Source: Candidatus Bathyarchaeia archaeon (lineage in GTDB: Archaea; Thermoproteota; Bathyarchaeia; 40CM-2-53-6). Taken from it: a stretch of DNA of 61,493 nt. The position numbers were made by a program, and so were the translations under genes. Numbering within the stretch: position 1 is the stretch's first letter; every line of letters starts with the position of its first letter. Under the pieces are notes generated by a model. The model saw nothing but the letters and a program-made list of their open reading frames with translations, ran no database searches and was not told where the DNA came from. Positions 9,582-19,599 of the stretch are shown piece after piece. Location of the stretch: contig JBEKSC010000017.1 of assembly GCA_049517415.1 (NCBI GenBank), positions 1 to 61,493 on the forward strand. The letters run 5' to 3'.

Positions 9582-10115
9582 ATGACGAACCTTAAGATTG
9601 GGGATAAGGCCTTACCCTTCAATCTATCCGGCGTTGACGGAAGGAATCATTCGCTCGCCGATTATTCTGGAAAGATTGCTGTGGCGGTAATTTTCAGTTG
9701 CAACCACTGCCCCTACGTTCGTGCGTGGGAGGACCGTATGGTTCAGGTACAGGCAGACTACGGTATGAAAGGCGTACAATTGATTGCAATAAACGCGAAC
9801 GACGCCTCAAAGTATCCTGATGACAGCTTCGAAAAAATGAAGGAACGCGCAAATGAGAAGCATTTCAACTTCCCTTACTTGCGTGACGAAAGCCAGCAAG
9901 TAGCTCGCGCTTACGGAGCTGAGCGAACACCTGAAGTTTTTCTCTTCGACAAGGCGGGAACGTTAACATACCATGGCGCAATAGATGACAACTACGATCA
10001 GCCAAAGGCTGTTAAAGTTAAGTTTCTGCGAGAAGCCCTCGACGCCACGCTGAACGGGAAGGTGCCAACGAAACCTGAAACACAACCAGTCGGTTGCACA
10101 ATTAAGTGGAAATGA
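9582..10115 (+). CDS. Thioredoxin-family (AhpC/TSA-like) protein
   Basis: FSCNHCPYV, AERTPEVFLFD, GAIDDN, GCTIKWK. Confidence 0.92.
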   Translation: MTNLKIGDKALPFNLSGVDGRNHSLADYSGKIAVAVIFSCNHCPYVRAWEDRMVQVQADYGMKGVQLIAINANDASKYPDDSFEKMKERANEKHFNFPYLRDESQQVARAYGAERTPEVFLFDKAGTLTYHGAIDDNYDQPKAVKVKFLREALDATLNGKVPTKPETQPVGCTIKWK

Positions 10116-10803
10116 TCTTCGTTGACTTTTCTCGAAGTCTCTTGTCAACAGCTGCACTGGTCAATTGGCGGAGAGCGTCTGAAGCGATCCACCGCGCGCC
10201 CTTAGAATCCATTTTCTGAATCCTTTTGGCCGTTATTATGGCGGCTCGATTGAGTTCTATGTTCCGCTTGCCTATCTGCCTCAAAGACCAGTTCACCGCC
10301 TTCCTTACGAAGTTTCTCTCATCATCGGCTTCGCTCTGAATCGCCTTCAGAAACTTCGAGAACTTTGCATTTGGTGCTTCTGGGTCATGAACTGCTAACG
10401 CAGCCATTAGGGCAAATCCGGCTCTCTTGACGAATTCTTCGCGGCGTGAACTCCACTCATACGCCTTTTGGTATGCTAGCTTAGTTTTGTCGAACAAGTT
10501 ACTGCAGCATTGGTCGCAAACGTCCCACGAATCGAAATCCTTCACCCATTTTTGCATCTGCTTGTTTGTTACCTCGTCAGGCACGTCGATCATTGAAGCA
10601 AGAATACGTGCTTCATGAATTCCAGATTCCCAAAGTTCTAGGGCGAGCGAATGGCTTTTACCCAGTTCCTTCGCCTCGCCTCTTAGAACTGGAATAGGCA
10701 CTCCATAGGTATTCCTAGGATTGATTCCAAACCGCGCCATGCCCTTGACCGCTTCGGGATTCGAGTGGGATTTTAGCCGCCTAAGTATCTCATTCGCTGC
10801 CAA
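10102..10803 (-). CDS. DNA alkylation repair protein (AlkD-like)
   Basis: FDSWDVCDQCC, DERNFVRKAVNWSLRQIGKRN. Confidence 0.92.
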   Translation of the reverse strand: MAANEILRRLKSHSNPEAVKGMARFGINPRNTYGVPIPVLRGEAKELGKSHSLALELWESGIHEARILASMIDVPDEVTNKQMQKWVKDFDSWDVCDQCCSNLFDKTKLAYQKAYEWSSRREEFVKRAGFALMAALAVHDPEAPNAKFSKFLKAIQSEADDERNFVRKAVNWSLRQIGKRNIELNRAAIITAKRIQKMDSKGARWIASDALRQLTSAAVDKRLREKSTKIIST

Positions 10804-10908
10804 CTACAGCACATCAGCGATAGTTCGTTTGGGAGTCATGAGTAATTAGCCTTCAAGAATAGTCATATCTCAGAAACTAGAATTAATGTGAGAGCAGTTA
10901 TTGTGTGG

Positions 10909-11568
10909 ATGAAGTTGTCAGCTAAATCAACGAAAGTTACATCGGGTCATTGGGATTATCGACTAGATACCGGGAGTTCGAATGTGGGCGTTGTTTTGGT
11001 ACACGAGATATTCGGGCTTGACGAGTATATGGACTCCGTCGCAGCTCGGCTTAGCCAGACGGGCACTTGGGTCGCGGCGGTTGACTTGTACCATGGGAAA
11101 TATGCTGCGAACCTTGAAGAGGGGTTCAAGTTCAGGTCGGCTTTGAAAGAACAAGACGCCTTGGATGCACTAGGTTCGGGTCTTCAGCTGCTCCGGGTCA
11201 GGGTCGGCAGAGAGGCGAAGGTTGGTTCGATGGGCTTCTGTATGGGTGGTGGAATCGCACTTCTAGGCGCTTGTAACCTGGACATGGCCTTTTGCGTGGA
11301 CTACTATGGTATGATAGAGAATGTGGAGCAAGTAAACGGCGTCAAAGGCCCAATTCAACTCATGCTAGCCTCGGAGGATGAAAGGGTGACCCCTTGGGCG
11401 TACCAACAGTTTCTTCCAGCCGCAACGAAATACAAGAAAAGGGTCGACGTACACCTTTACCCCCATGCGCAACATGCGTTCCATCGGCCTAATTGGGAAG
11501 GGCATAATGCGGAGGCCGCGAAAGACGCGTGGGAGAAAACGGTTAGTTTTCTATCCCAATTCAAGTGA
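10909..11568 (+). CDS. Dienelactone hydrolase family protein
   Basis: HEIFGL, GFCMGG nucleophile motif, HAF; ATG 10909 preferred as start. Confidence 0.92.
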   Translation: MKLSAKSTKVTSGHWDYRLDTGSSNVGVVLVHEIFGLDEYMDSVAARLSQTGTWVAAVDLYHGKYAANLEEGFKFRSALKEQDALDALGSGLQLLRVRVGREAKVGSMGFCMGGGIALLGACNLDMAFCVDYYGMIENVEQVNGVKGPIQLMLASEDERVTPWAYQQFLPAATKYKKRVDVHLYPHAQHAFHRPNWEGHNAEAAKDAWEKTVSFLSQFK

Positions 11569-11574
11569 GCAGAA

Positions 11575-11654
11575 AAACTTAGTTTGTTCACGGCCACAAG
11601 GGTTCCGAAGTTTCTTGTCAAATCCTTAGCTCCTATTACAGATTCTGATCTCAT
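11575..11654 (-). pseudogene. 5' remnant of an ABC transporter ATP-binding gene
   Basis: MRSESVIGAKDLTRNFGTLVAVNKLSF is a typical ABC ATPase N-terminus and ends before Walker A at the 3' end of the convergent gene. Confidence 0.55.
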
Positions 11655-11805
11655 CGACTTCATCAAGCCCTTCATGCTCATTTCTTGTTCTCCAACGTGG
11701 CTGGCAGACGTCCTTACTCAAATTGATTCGTTTAGCTAATCTCCATAGATGAGAGGCATAGAGTAAAGTTTAGAATGGCTTGAACGTGAAGAACACTGAT
11801 GAAAA

Positions 11806-12072
11806 TTGGCTAAAACCACAAAAAACCTGATAATGTACACCGGTATTGCAGCACTACTTCTAGGCGTAGTCACATTCATTATACCATACCTCGAGGACGC
11901 TGCGAACAGAATGGTGAGGTCGCCAGGCTGGTGGACGCACAACAGCGGAGCTGTTGCTTGGTTCTGGGGTCCCGCAGATCCCTCGATAGGCCTCTTTGCA
12001 CCATTCTGGGAGTTTTCGGTTGGCCTAATCATTGTCGGTCTAGTGCTATTCGGCATCTCGTTTGCAATCTAG
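11806..12072 (+). CDS. Small 2-TM membrane protein leading the ECF operon
   Basis: Two hydrophobic helices around a Trp-rich loop; 17 nt before the S component. Confidence 0.7.
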   Translation: MAKTTKNLIMYTGIAALLLGVVTFIIPYLEDAANRMVRSPGWWTHNSGAVAWFWGPADPSIGLFAPFWEFSVGLIIVGLVLFGISFAI

Positions 12073-12089
12073 GCTTGAGGTAATTTGTT

Positions 12090-12875
12090 TTGACAAGCTC
12101 AAAACCTAAGGGACGTTTGTATATCTTCGGGACACCGATTGCTTGGATTGCCGTCTATGGCGCCTTGATTGGGGTAACTTCACTTGTGCCAATTCTACCC
12201 TACGCAGGGGGTGGAGGATTTTGGCCTCTGGCAACTCCACTCGCAGGTATTGCACCACTAATCCTTGGTCCCGTCGGCGGAATAGTCGCGGCTGTGGTTG
12301 GAGGAATCATAGGCATGTTCATCGCCCCCCCAGCATACCCGCTCGGAATTATTGACGCAGTCTCTGTCGTCGTACTGCCCGCCATCTTCGTCGGGTTAGC
12401 ACTAAACATGAAGAAAACCAAGTGGATATTTATCGCTTGGCAGGTCATAATGACCGCAATTTTCTACATCGTGCTATTCATTTACCCCGGCGTTGTCGGT
12501 GGATGGCCCCCGATCTCGACGAGTTCATATGTCGTGGCGACCCTCTACTACTGGCTACTCCCAATAGTCGTCCTGTTATCGCCAATAGGAACGAAATACA
12601 TCTACAACTGGTCAAGAAGTGCTAACGCGAGACAAAGGTCAATCGGAATATTTCTCGGATCCTGGATGGCAATGAACGCTTGGTTCGTTTCTCCATCATA
12701 CTGGGTCTATTGGATCCTATTCGCGTTCCCGTCTCCATTGCTCTACCTGATGGCTTGGGGAATCTACTCCTGGTACATGCCAGTCTTTGCAATAGTGATG
12801 ACTATCGTAGCGGTGCCCATTACAGAAGCTCTAAGAAGAAGCGGAATGGCAAAGCCTCCACACGTTCTATGGTAG
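12090..12875 (+). CDS. ECF transporter S component
   Basis: Highly hydrophobic; LILGPVGGIVAAVVGGIIG pattern; precedes ecfA and ecfT. Confidence 0.8.
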   Translation: MTSSKPKGRLYIFGTPIAWIAVYGALIGVTSLVPILPYAGGGGFWPLATPLAGIAPLILGPVGGIVAAVVGGIIGMFIAPPAYPLGIIDAVSVVVLPAIFVGLALNMKKTKWIFIAWQVIMTAIFYIVLFIYPGVVGGWPPISTSSYVVATLYYWLLPIVVLLSPIGTKYIYNWSRSANARQRSIGIFLGSWMAMNAWFVSPSYWVYWILFAFPSPLLYLMAWGIYSWYMPVFAIVMTIVAVPITEALRRSGMAKPPHVLW

Positions 12876-12936
12876 GCTGGCCATTCTGCTTCCCCTTTTC
12901 CTCTTTTCTTTCTAAGTTATCAGAAGCTGTTGCGTT

Positions 12937-14658
12937 GTGCAAGAAATGGATGACCTAATCGTAGATGTCCAGAGCCTTTCCTTCGCATACCCAGACGGCG
13001 GGAAGGCGCTACAGAATATTACACTCAAGGTCACCAAGGGTCAAATCGTTGCCGTTTTAGGCGCTAATGGCGCGGGCAAGACAACACTGTGCCACCACTT
13101 GACTGGTATAATCCCAAACATCTACCAAGGCACAACTGAAGGCAAGGCAATCGTTGCCGGTATGAACGTTTACGATCACCCGGTCTACGAGCTCGCACAA
13201 AAGATTAGTTTTGTCACACAAGATCCGGAAGGACAACTCATCAACCCAGATGTCTTAATGGAAGTCGTTTTCGGCCCTGAGAATCTAGGCATTCCGAGAG
13301 ACGAAATAATGCGGAGAGCCAAGTGGGCTCTGGAAGCAGTTGGCCTACAAGGATTCGAATCACGTTCGCCAGCTGAATTATCAGGCGGGCAGAAACAAAG
13401 ACTCGTGCTCGCGGCCGGTCTAAGTATGGAGCCAGAGCTACTAATTCTCGACGAACCGACCTCCCAACTTGATCCGGTTGGAACGGCTGAAGTTCTCAAC
13501 TCTCTAATTGACCTCAAAACGAAGTACAACATGACCACTATTTTCACAACCCATGCGTCGGAAGAAGTTCTGAGGGTTGCGGATAGAGTCATCGTCCTTA
13601 GCAAAGGGGAAATTGTGGCGGAAGGAACCCCAAGGGAAGTATACAGCAAAGTGAAACTACTTGATTCAGTTGGAGTTCAAGTTCCGCAGATTGCAATGCT
13701 CGGCTATAAGCTAGCGCCGGAAATGCCAGTTCCGATGTCCATCGAAGATGGAAAGAAACTCATAATCGACATTCTACACGAAAAACACCGCGTTCAAAAG
13801 TTCCCTTCACAATTATCTCCAAAGATGTCGAGCGGTGAAATCTTGCTTGAGTGTGTTGACCTGTCTTTTACGTATCCTGGTGTGCCACCCGTAACTGCTC
13901 TGCGAAATGTTAACCTCAAAGTCCATCGTGGAGAAATGATAGGAGTAATCGGACAAAACGGGTCCGGAAAGACGACGCTCGTGAAACAGTTTCTTAAGTT
14001 GCTAAAGCCAGCCAAAGGGAAGGTTTTGTTCAAAGGTAAGGATATTCAAGCTTTCACGACGGGACAACTCTCCACCTCGATAGGTCTAGCGTTACAGAAC
14101 CCTGATGAGCAACTGTTCACCATCTCGTGCAAGAATGAAGTTGAATTTGGGCTTCGCAACCTCAAGCTCGAAGAAGACGAAATAAAGCGAAGGGTTGATG
14201 AAGCGCTAGGGTTCGTTGGCCTTCAAGATCAATGGGACACATTCCCGTTCAGGTTAAGTTTTGGGGACCGAAGGAGCTTAACCGTGGCCGCGGTGGTTGC
14301 GATGCGACCTGAAATAATCGTGATGGATGAACCTACCACCGCTCAAGATTACCTCGGTAGGCACCGAATCGCAAGGCTTGGAAAGAAACTGAACGAGGCC
14401 GGGCATACGGTCATAATGATAACGCACGACATGAACTTAGTGACTCAATACGCTGACAGGACCATTGTGATGGCTAACGGTGAAGTGCTCTTAGACGGCC
14501 CCACCGCCAAGGTCTTCTCTGAGTTTGATACACTCAAGAAAGCTTTCATCAAGCCTCCTCCAATCGCGATTGTCGATAGGGAACTTGAATCCGAAGGCCT
14601 TCCGCAGGGTATCCTAACGGTGGACGCAATGGTGGATGTATTGACGGGGGCTCCCTAA
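12937..14658 (+). CDS. ECF transporter fused double ATPase (EcfA-EcfA')
   Basis: Two Walker A motifs (GANGAGKT, GQNGSGKT), QDPE/QNPD Q-loops, LSGGQ and LSFGD signatures, two DEPT motifs. Confidence 0.95.
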   Translation: MQEMDDLIVDVQSLSFAYPDGGKALQNITLKVTKGQIVAVLGANGAGKTTLCHHLTGIIPNIYQGTTEGKAIVAGMNVYDHPVYELAQKISFVTQDPEGQLINPDVLMEVVFGPENLGIPRDEIMRRAKWALEAVGLQGFESRSPAELSGGQKQRLVLAAGLSMEPELLILDEPTSQLDPVGTAEVLNSLIDLKTKYNMTTIFTTHASEEVLRVADRVIVLSKGEIVAEGTPREVYSKVKLLDSVGVQVPQIAMLGYKLAPEMPVPMSIEDGKKLIIDILHEKHRVQKFPSQLSPKMSSGEILLECVDLSFTYPGVPPVTALRNVNLKVHRGEMIGVIGQNGSGKTTLVKQFLKLLKPAKGKVLFKGKDIQAFTTGQLSTSIGLALQNPDEQLFTISCKNEVEFGLRNLKLEEDEIKRRVDEALGFVGLQDQWDTFPFRLSFGDRRSLTVAAVVAMRPEIIVMDEPTTAQDYLGRHRIARLGKKLNEAGHTVIMITHDMNLVTQYADRTIVMANGEVLLDGPTAKVFSEFDTLKKAFIKPPPIAIVDRELESEGLPQGILTVDAMVDVLTGAP

Positions 14659-15480
14659 TTGGCAAGCATAGAATACGTCCGTAAGAATACGCCGATTCAC
14701 AATTTGCAAGCGATTACCAAAATGCTCTTGGTGCTAGCCAGTTTCGCCGTTAGTTTCTTCGCCTTGGACTTTGTGCTGATTGGCATTTGGCTCATTTTTC
14801 TATTGGGATGGTGGGTTCTAGGTGGAATAGAGATAAAGCGTGTTGCAGTAATCTTGAAAATCCTTCTCGGAACATACATTTTCTTCATCATCCTTCAAGG
14901 TTTCACATATAGGTTTGGGAATACCATCCTCTTCCAGCTCGGTGTTCTAATGATTGGAAACCGAAACTACGCCGCCTACACATTGGAAGGGTTCCTCTTC
15001 GGAACACTTGTCTTCACGAGAGTCCTCGCAGTCGTGTTCACAATTCCAATTCTCACCATGACAACCCCAATGACCAAGATAGCGGCGACGTTGGGAAAGA
15101 TGAACGTGCCATACCAGTTCACAATGATCTTCGTAACCGGAATCCGATTCGTCCCACTAGTCTTCCAGACGTGGACAGGGATTATTCAGGCTCAGAAACT
15201 GAGAGGGAGGGACATAGACAAGATGCCCTTCTATCGGAAAGCCGGAGTCTACACGAGCGTGATAACCCCATTGCTACTCTATCTCCTCAAACTCTCGCAG
15301 ACCCTCCAAACTGCACTTGAATGCAGAGCTTTCGGCTCCCCTGCTGTAAGGTCCTACGTTGAGGAAGCTAAGCTTAGGATGGGTGATTATGTGGCAATCA
15401 TCTCGATATTGATTATAACCGGCGCATTAGTTGCAATGAAAGCAACAGGCTACTCATCCACGCCTCACTTGTTCCTCTGA
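14659..15480 (+). CDS. ecfT: ECF transporter T component
   Basis: IRFVP, AQKLRG and ALECRAF coupling-helix motifs. Confidence 0.92.
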   Translation: MASIEYVRKNTPIHNLQAITKMLLVLASFAVSFFALDFVLIGIWLIFLLGWWVLGGIEIKRVAVILKILLGTYIFFIILQGFTYRFGNTILFQLGVLMIGNRNYAAYTLEGFLFGTLVFTRVLAVVFTIPILTMTTPMTKIAATLGKMNVPYQFTMIFVTGIRFVPLVFQTWTGIIQAQKLRGRDIDKMPFYRKAGVYTSVITPLLLYLLKLSQTLQTALECRAFGSPAVRSYVEEAKLRMGDYVAIISILIITGALVAMKATGYSSTPHLFL

Positions 15481-15568
15481 TCAGCATAAAATCACGGCCG
15501 CGACCTGATTGTCAACAAGAGAAAGACCTTTCTTAGCGCAGAATCCACGCATGCTATTGTGATTCGTA

Positions 15569-16909
15569 TTGGTTTCGAGTGCGGTTACCGAAGACAAGGG
15601 TCGCCTAACCAAATCACCTTCTTATCAGGAACTTGTTGAGCGGCGCAACAGGATGCTGGCTCCAAGTCTCTCGGAAGATTGGCCAAACCTCCCGGTAGTC
15701 AGGGCTCAGGGACTGTACCTATACGGGTTAGATGGTAAACGGTACATGGATTTCATGGCAGCCTTTGGAGTCGTAAATGTTGGGCACAACCACCCAAGAG
15801 TTGTTTCGGCTGCACGAGAGCAGATGGAGAAGCAAATCCACGGGGCGGTCGGAGTCACACTTCATGAATCCGTTCTTCGGCTTGCCTACATGTTGCCTGA
15901 GATTCTCCCAGGCAATTTGGACATGTTCTTCTTCGGAAATAGCGGTTCAGAGGCTGTTGAGGGAGCAATCAAGCTTGCACGCAATTTTACCAGAAGACCT
16001 GGAATCATCGCTTTCATGGGAGCGTTCCACGGCCGCACCTATGGCGCTGCATCTTTGACTGCTTCAAAAGCAATCTACCGGACAGGACTCGAACCTTTCC
16101 TTCCAAGCATCTACCACGTCCCTTACGCGGACACTTACCACTCTTCACATCCGGACAATCCAACACTCTGCGTCGAAGAGTCGTTAGCTGAGCTCCAGAT
16201 CCTCCTCAAACGGATCATCGCTCCGTCACAAGTTGCAGCGGTAATCGTTGAACCAATCCAAGGCGAGGGCGGCTATATTGTTCCGCCCAAAGAATTTCTG
16301 AAACGCCTCCGTGAGATATGTACGAGCAACGGGATGCTCTTGATCTTCGACGAAATCCAGTCGGGTTTCGGTAGGACTGGCGAATGGTTTGCTGCCCAAG
16401 CATTTGATGTTGCGCCGGATGTTATGGCGATTGCGAAAGGCATAGCATCAGGTTTTCCTTTGGGGGCGGTATGCGCCCGAAGTGAGCTGATGAGTCGGTG
16501 GGAGTCTACAGTTCATGGCACGACTTTTGGCGGCAACCCTGTATCGTGTGCCGCGGCGGTTGCCACAATAGACACAATCAGAGATGAAGGGCTCCTACAA
16601 AATGCAAAGAAAAGCGGCGAGTATCTGCTTAGCCGATTGAAGGAGCTAAAGGCGAAGCACAAGATGATTGGAGATGCACGTGGGCTTGGGTTAATGACTG
16701 CTATCGAATTCATTGTCCCAGGTACAGATCGGGAACCGAACGGTGCCGCGGCCAAGAAATTCCTAAATGAATGCCTCGCAAGAGGGTTGCTGATGTACCC
16801 TTGCGGACTATACGGCCACGTGGTCCGTCTAGCACCGCCCCTCAATGTCACTCGCTCGCAGATCGACGAAGCCATGAGCATTGCAGACCAAAGCTTGAGC
16901 GTCGTCTAA
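15569..16909 (+). CDS. Class III PLP aminotransferase (4-aminobutyrate aminotransferase-like)
   Basis: NSGSEAVEGA, FHGRT, EPIQGEGG, DEIQSGFGRTG, AKGIASG, TFGGNP. Confidence 0.93.
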   Translation: MVSSAVTEDKGRLTKSPSYQELVERRNRMLAPSLSEDWPNLPVVRAQGLYLYGLDGKRYMDFMAAFGVVNVGHNHPRVVSAAREQMEKQIHGAVGVTLHESVLRLAYMLPEILPGNLDMFFFGNSGSEAVEGAIKLARNFTRRPGIIAFMGAFHGRTYGAASLTASKAIYRTGLEPFLPSIYHVPYADTYHSSHPDNPTLCVEESLAELQILLKRIIAPSQVAAVIVEPIQGEGGYIVPPKEFLKRLREICTSNGMLLIFDEIQSGFGRTGEWFAAQAFDVAPDVMAIAKGIASGFPLGAVCARSELMSRWESTVHGTTFGGNPVSCAAAVATIDTIRDEGLLQNAKKSGEYLLSRLKELKAKHKMIGDARGLGLMTAIEFIVPGTDREPNGAAAKKFLNECLARGLLMYPCGLYGHVVRLAPPLNVTRSQIDEAMSIADQSLSVV

Positions 16910-17004
16910 CAAAATAATGCCGAAATCATGTTTTGCGTATACCCGCTGCATAGGCCAAAACAAGTATAGCCTGCCAACATTCGAGACTTGCATTAAGTGG
17001 GAAA

Positions 17005-17925
17005 ATGGACGTTAGCCTTCAACAAGTCGTATGCGATAACTTGACGAAGGTGTACGGCAAGAGTGAAACGAAGGCCCTGGACTCCGTAACCTTCTCTCTG
17101 CCTTCTCGTGGGATCTTCGTGTTAATTGGAAGGAACGGTTCTGGAAAGACGACGCTTGTGCGAATCTTGGCCACGCAGCTTGAACCAACCTCTGGAAAAG
17201 CGACGATAAACGGGATCGATGTCGTGAAGCAGGCTCGAATGCTCAGAGAAAAGATTGCGATCGTTCCTCAAGAAGCTAGACCAATACCTTGGATGACGCC
17301 CATACAGACGGTGTTCTCGTACCTTCTCTGGAGGGGTTTCGGTTACCGTGAAGCTAAGCGACGGGCGTACCGGGCGCTTGAAAGGCTAGGGCTCGCTCAA
17401 TCATCCAACGCCTTGAATCGCTCGCTTTCTGGCGGAATGAGAAGAAAAGTCATGGTGGCTACGGTCCTCTCCTCGGAGGCAGAAGTGATTTTCTTGGACG
17501 AACCGACGACTGGACTCGACCCAATTTCGCGAAGAGAGTTTTGGGGAACGCTACGAGAAATCGGAAACCAACGCCTGACGTTCCTTACAACTCACTATCT
17601 TGAAGAAGCAGAACAACTGGCCGATCAGATAGGCATACTGGACCGAGGCCGTCTAATCCGCATAGGCACATTGGAAGAATTGCGGAAAAGCGTGACCTAC
17701 AACTACAGCATGAGACTCCTCGAAAACCCCGCGCCGCCTCTACCGGCCCTGGAAAAGGGAGAGGTGGTGACGGGGTCGGACGGCAGCATCAGAATCCTCA
17801 CGGTCGAAGATGAGGCCTTTAGAATCTCAAGCGAGCTTGCGAAACACGGCTTCAAGTTCACGATCAATCCTGTTTCACTTGATGACATATTCTTTTACCT
17901 TGTCAGCCAGAAAGGTGGCAACTGA
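17005..17925 (+). CDS. ABC transporter ATP-binding protein (ABC-2 exporter)
   Basis: GRNGSGKT, LSGGM, DEPTTGLD, TTHYLEEAE. Confidence 0.95.
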   Translation: MDVSLQQVVCDNLTKVYGKSETKALDSVTFSLPSRGIFVLIGRNGSGKTTLVRILATQLEPTSGKATINGIDVVKQARMLREKIAIVPQEARPIPWMTPIQTVFSYLLWRGFGYREAKRRAYRALERLGLAQSSNALNRSLSGGMRRKVMVATVLSSEAEVIFLDEPTTGLDPISRREFWGTLREIGNQRLTFLTTHYLEEAEQLADQIGILDRGRLIRIGTLEELRKSVTYNYSMRLLENPAPPLPALEKGEVVTGSDGSIRILTVEDEAFRISSELAKHGFKFTINPVSLDDIFFYLVSQKGGN

Positions 17926-17926
17926 A

Positions 17927-18691
17927 ATGCCTGATGGTATCCCTGTTAGGACCACGAATAAGTTTAGTCAGTTTCTCGCGGCCATACTCGTCAATTCCGT
18001 TTACGAAATGAAGAACTATCCGATTGTTTTGATCAACACTGTTCTTTCTCCTCTCTCGTTTCTCCTTCTGATTGTTTTCGTCAGTCACGGTAGCCTGATA
18101 GGGGAAGCAGTTGAGGGCGGGTTCATCATGAGCATGTTCTCAGCAGGCGTTTCGCTCCAGGGGGATCTCTCACATCTAAAGAATGATTTCAAACTGCAAG
18201 ATATGGTGGTCAGCTCCCCAACCTCATGGCAGACTTACATGTTTGGGATGGCGATCTCAGAAATTGTTTACTCTGTCCCAGCTCTGCTCGTCCTCTGCGT
18301 ACTTGCATATTACTTCATGAATTTGAGCCCAATAGGAACTCTAGCGTTTATCGGCGTGCTTCTCTTGATGTTTCTCACTTCGGTTGCGATTGGTTTCACC
18401 CTTTCAACCTTCTCGTCCGACATCGTCCAAAGCTTTGCCTTCTCAAGGCTTATCTCAACTCTTTTCTCAACGATACCGCCTGTTTACTATCCGATTACTT
18501 ACATCCCTCTTCCATACAGGTACCTCGCATATCTCTCACCAACGACCTACGCAGCAGAACTGGCCCAGAGTTTTGCTGGATATCTAACCCTGCCACCAGC
18601 AACTACCGCCCTTAACTGGACGATTCTGGTCGCTGTGGCCTCAACTCTATTCCTTGTAGCGAGAAGCAAAGCGAGATGGAGAGAAATCTAA
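17927..18691 (+). CDS. ABC-2 type permease
   Basis: About 6 TM helices, PPVYYP, SPTTY; ATG 17927 directly after the ATPase stop. Confidence 0.9.
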   Translation: MPDGIPVRTTNKFSQFLAAILVNSVYEMKNYPIVLINTVLSPLSFLLLIVFVSHGSLIGEAVEGGFIMSMFSAGVSLQGDLSHLKNDFKLQDMVVSSPTSWQTYMFGMAISEIVYSVPALLVLCVLAYYFMNLSPIGTLAFIGVLLLMFLTSVAIGFTLSTFSSDIVQSFAFSRLISTLFSTIPPVYYPITYIPLPYRYLAYLSPTTYAAELAQSFAGYLTLPPATTALNWTILVAVASTLFLVARSKARWREI

Positions 18692-18723
18692 TGATTCAAA
18701 CTGTGAATCTCAAAGGCGAGCCC

Positions 18724-18942
18724 CTAAATGATCTGACGAGTCACGATTGGAACAGAACATGATCGAAGATATTCTGCGAGGTCTGGAATTGCTTTCCTAT
18801 GTTTCTTGCAGTAATGACGGTTGAGGAGCAACTTCAAGCCGAATACGGCGTCGCAGTACAAGCACGCATATCGTTTTACAAGTGGTAAGCAGGACTCTTC
18901 AGGGGTTGTTCCATTAACGAACGTTCCTTGAACCTCAAACAA
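18724..18942 (-). CDS. Possible small C2H2 zinc-finger protein
   Basis: YACLYCDAVFGLKLLLNRHYCKKH fits C-x2-C-x3-F-x5-L-x2-H-x4-H; start uncertain. Confidence 0.45.
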   Translation of the reverse strand: MFEVQGTFVNGTTPEESCLPLVKRYACLYCDAVFGLKLLLNRHYCKKHRKAIPDLAEYLRSCSVPIVTRQII

Positions 18943-18969
18943 AGGGCCATATTTTTCCTCAACATCGTT

Positions 18970-19599
18970 TCACCCGCTCAAGTAGATGTTTCCAGTCGAT
19001 GCATCGTATTGTATTGGGATCTTCTGCAAAGGATAAGGTGCGGGTCCGGCTACAACTTGTGCGTTATTGTATGGGTCATAGACTGCGCCGTGGCATGGGC
19101 ACGCGAGGTCTCTACCCGCCGGGTCGAACTGGACTTGACAACCCGCGTGCGTGCAGATCGAACTGTAAGCAACGACCTGCCCGTTATCGAGATGAATCAA
19201 AATTATTGGGCCGTAGGTTGGGTTATTCAGCGCCAAAGACTGGTTTGATGGAATGTTCGCCACATTTGCCAGAAGCTTGCCATTCTGGGTGCCTGGCTGA
19301 GACACGTAGGTTGGTGCTTGACCTTGAGAGTTAGGGAGAGTTGCGATCTTTAGCAACACTAAAGCTGAGATAGAAACTGCCGCAAATCCAAGCATGCTGT
19401 GAAGGAGGTCCCTACGTTCCCTTTGGAATCGTGTCCTTTGTTCCGTTCGAACATCAGCGTCAGGTCTAAAGGAAGCGCGGGAGAGCAATACGGGAAGCTT
19501 AGGTTGGCCTATTAAGACTGAAGTTACGATTTCCTTTGGGATTTTCAGTCCATACTTTTCGATTAACTCCTCCGCAGTTTGAGTTGTTTCCTCTGTCAT
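18970..19599 (-). CDS. Membrane-anchored Rieske [2Fe-2S] protein
   Basis: CTHAGC and CPCHGAVY boxes, GPAPYPL; RRDLL plus TM helix (Tat-like) preceded by ~60 extra residues. Confidence 0.93.
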   Translation of the reverse strand: MTEETTQTAEELIEKYGLKIPKEIVTSVLIGQPKLPVLLSRASFRPDADVRTEQRTRFQRERRDLLHSMLGFAAVSISALVLLKIATLPNSQGQAPTYVSQPGTQNGKLLANVANIPSNQSLALNNPTYGPIILIHLDNGQVVAYSSICTHAGCQVQFDPAGRDLACPCHGAVYDPYNNAQVVAGPAPYPLQKIPIQYDASTGNIYLSG

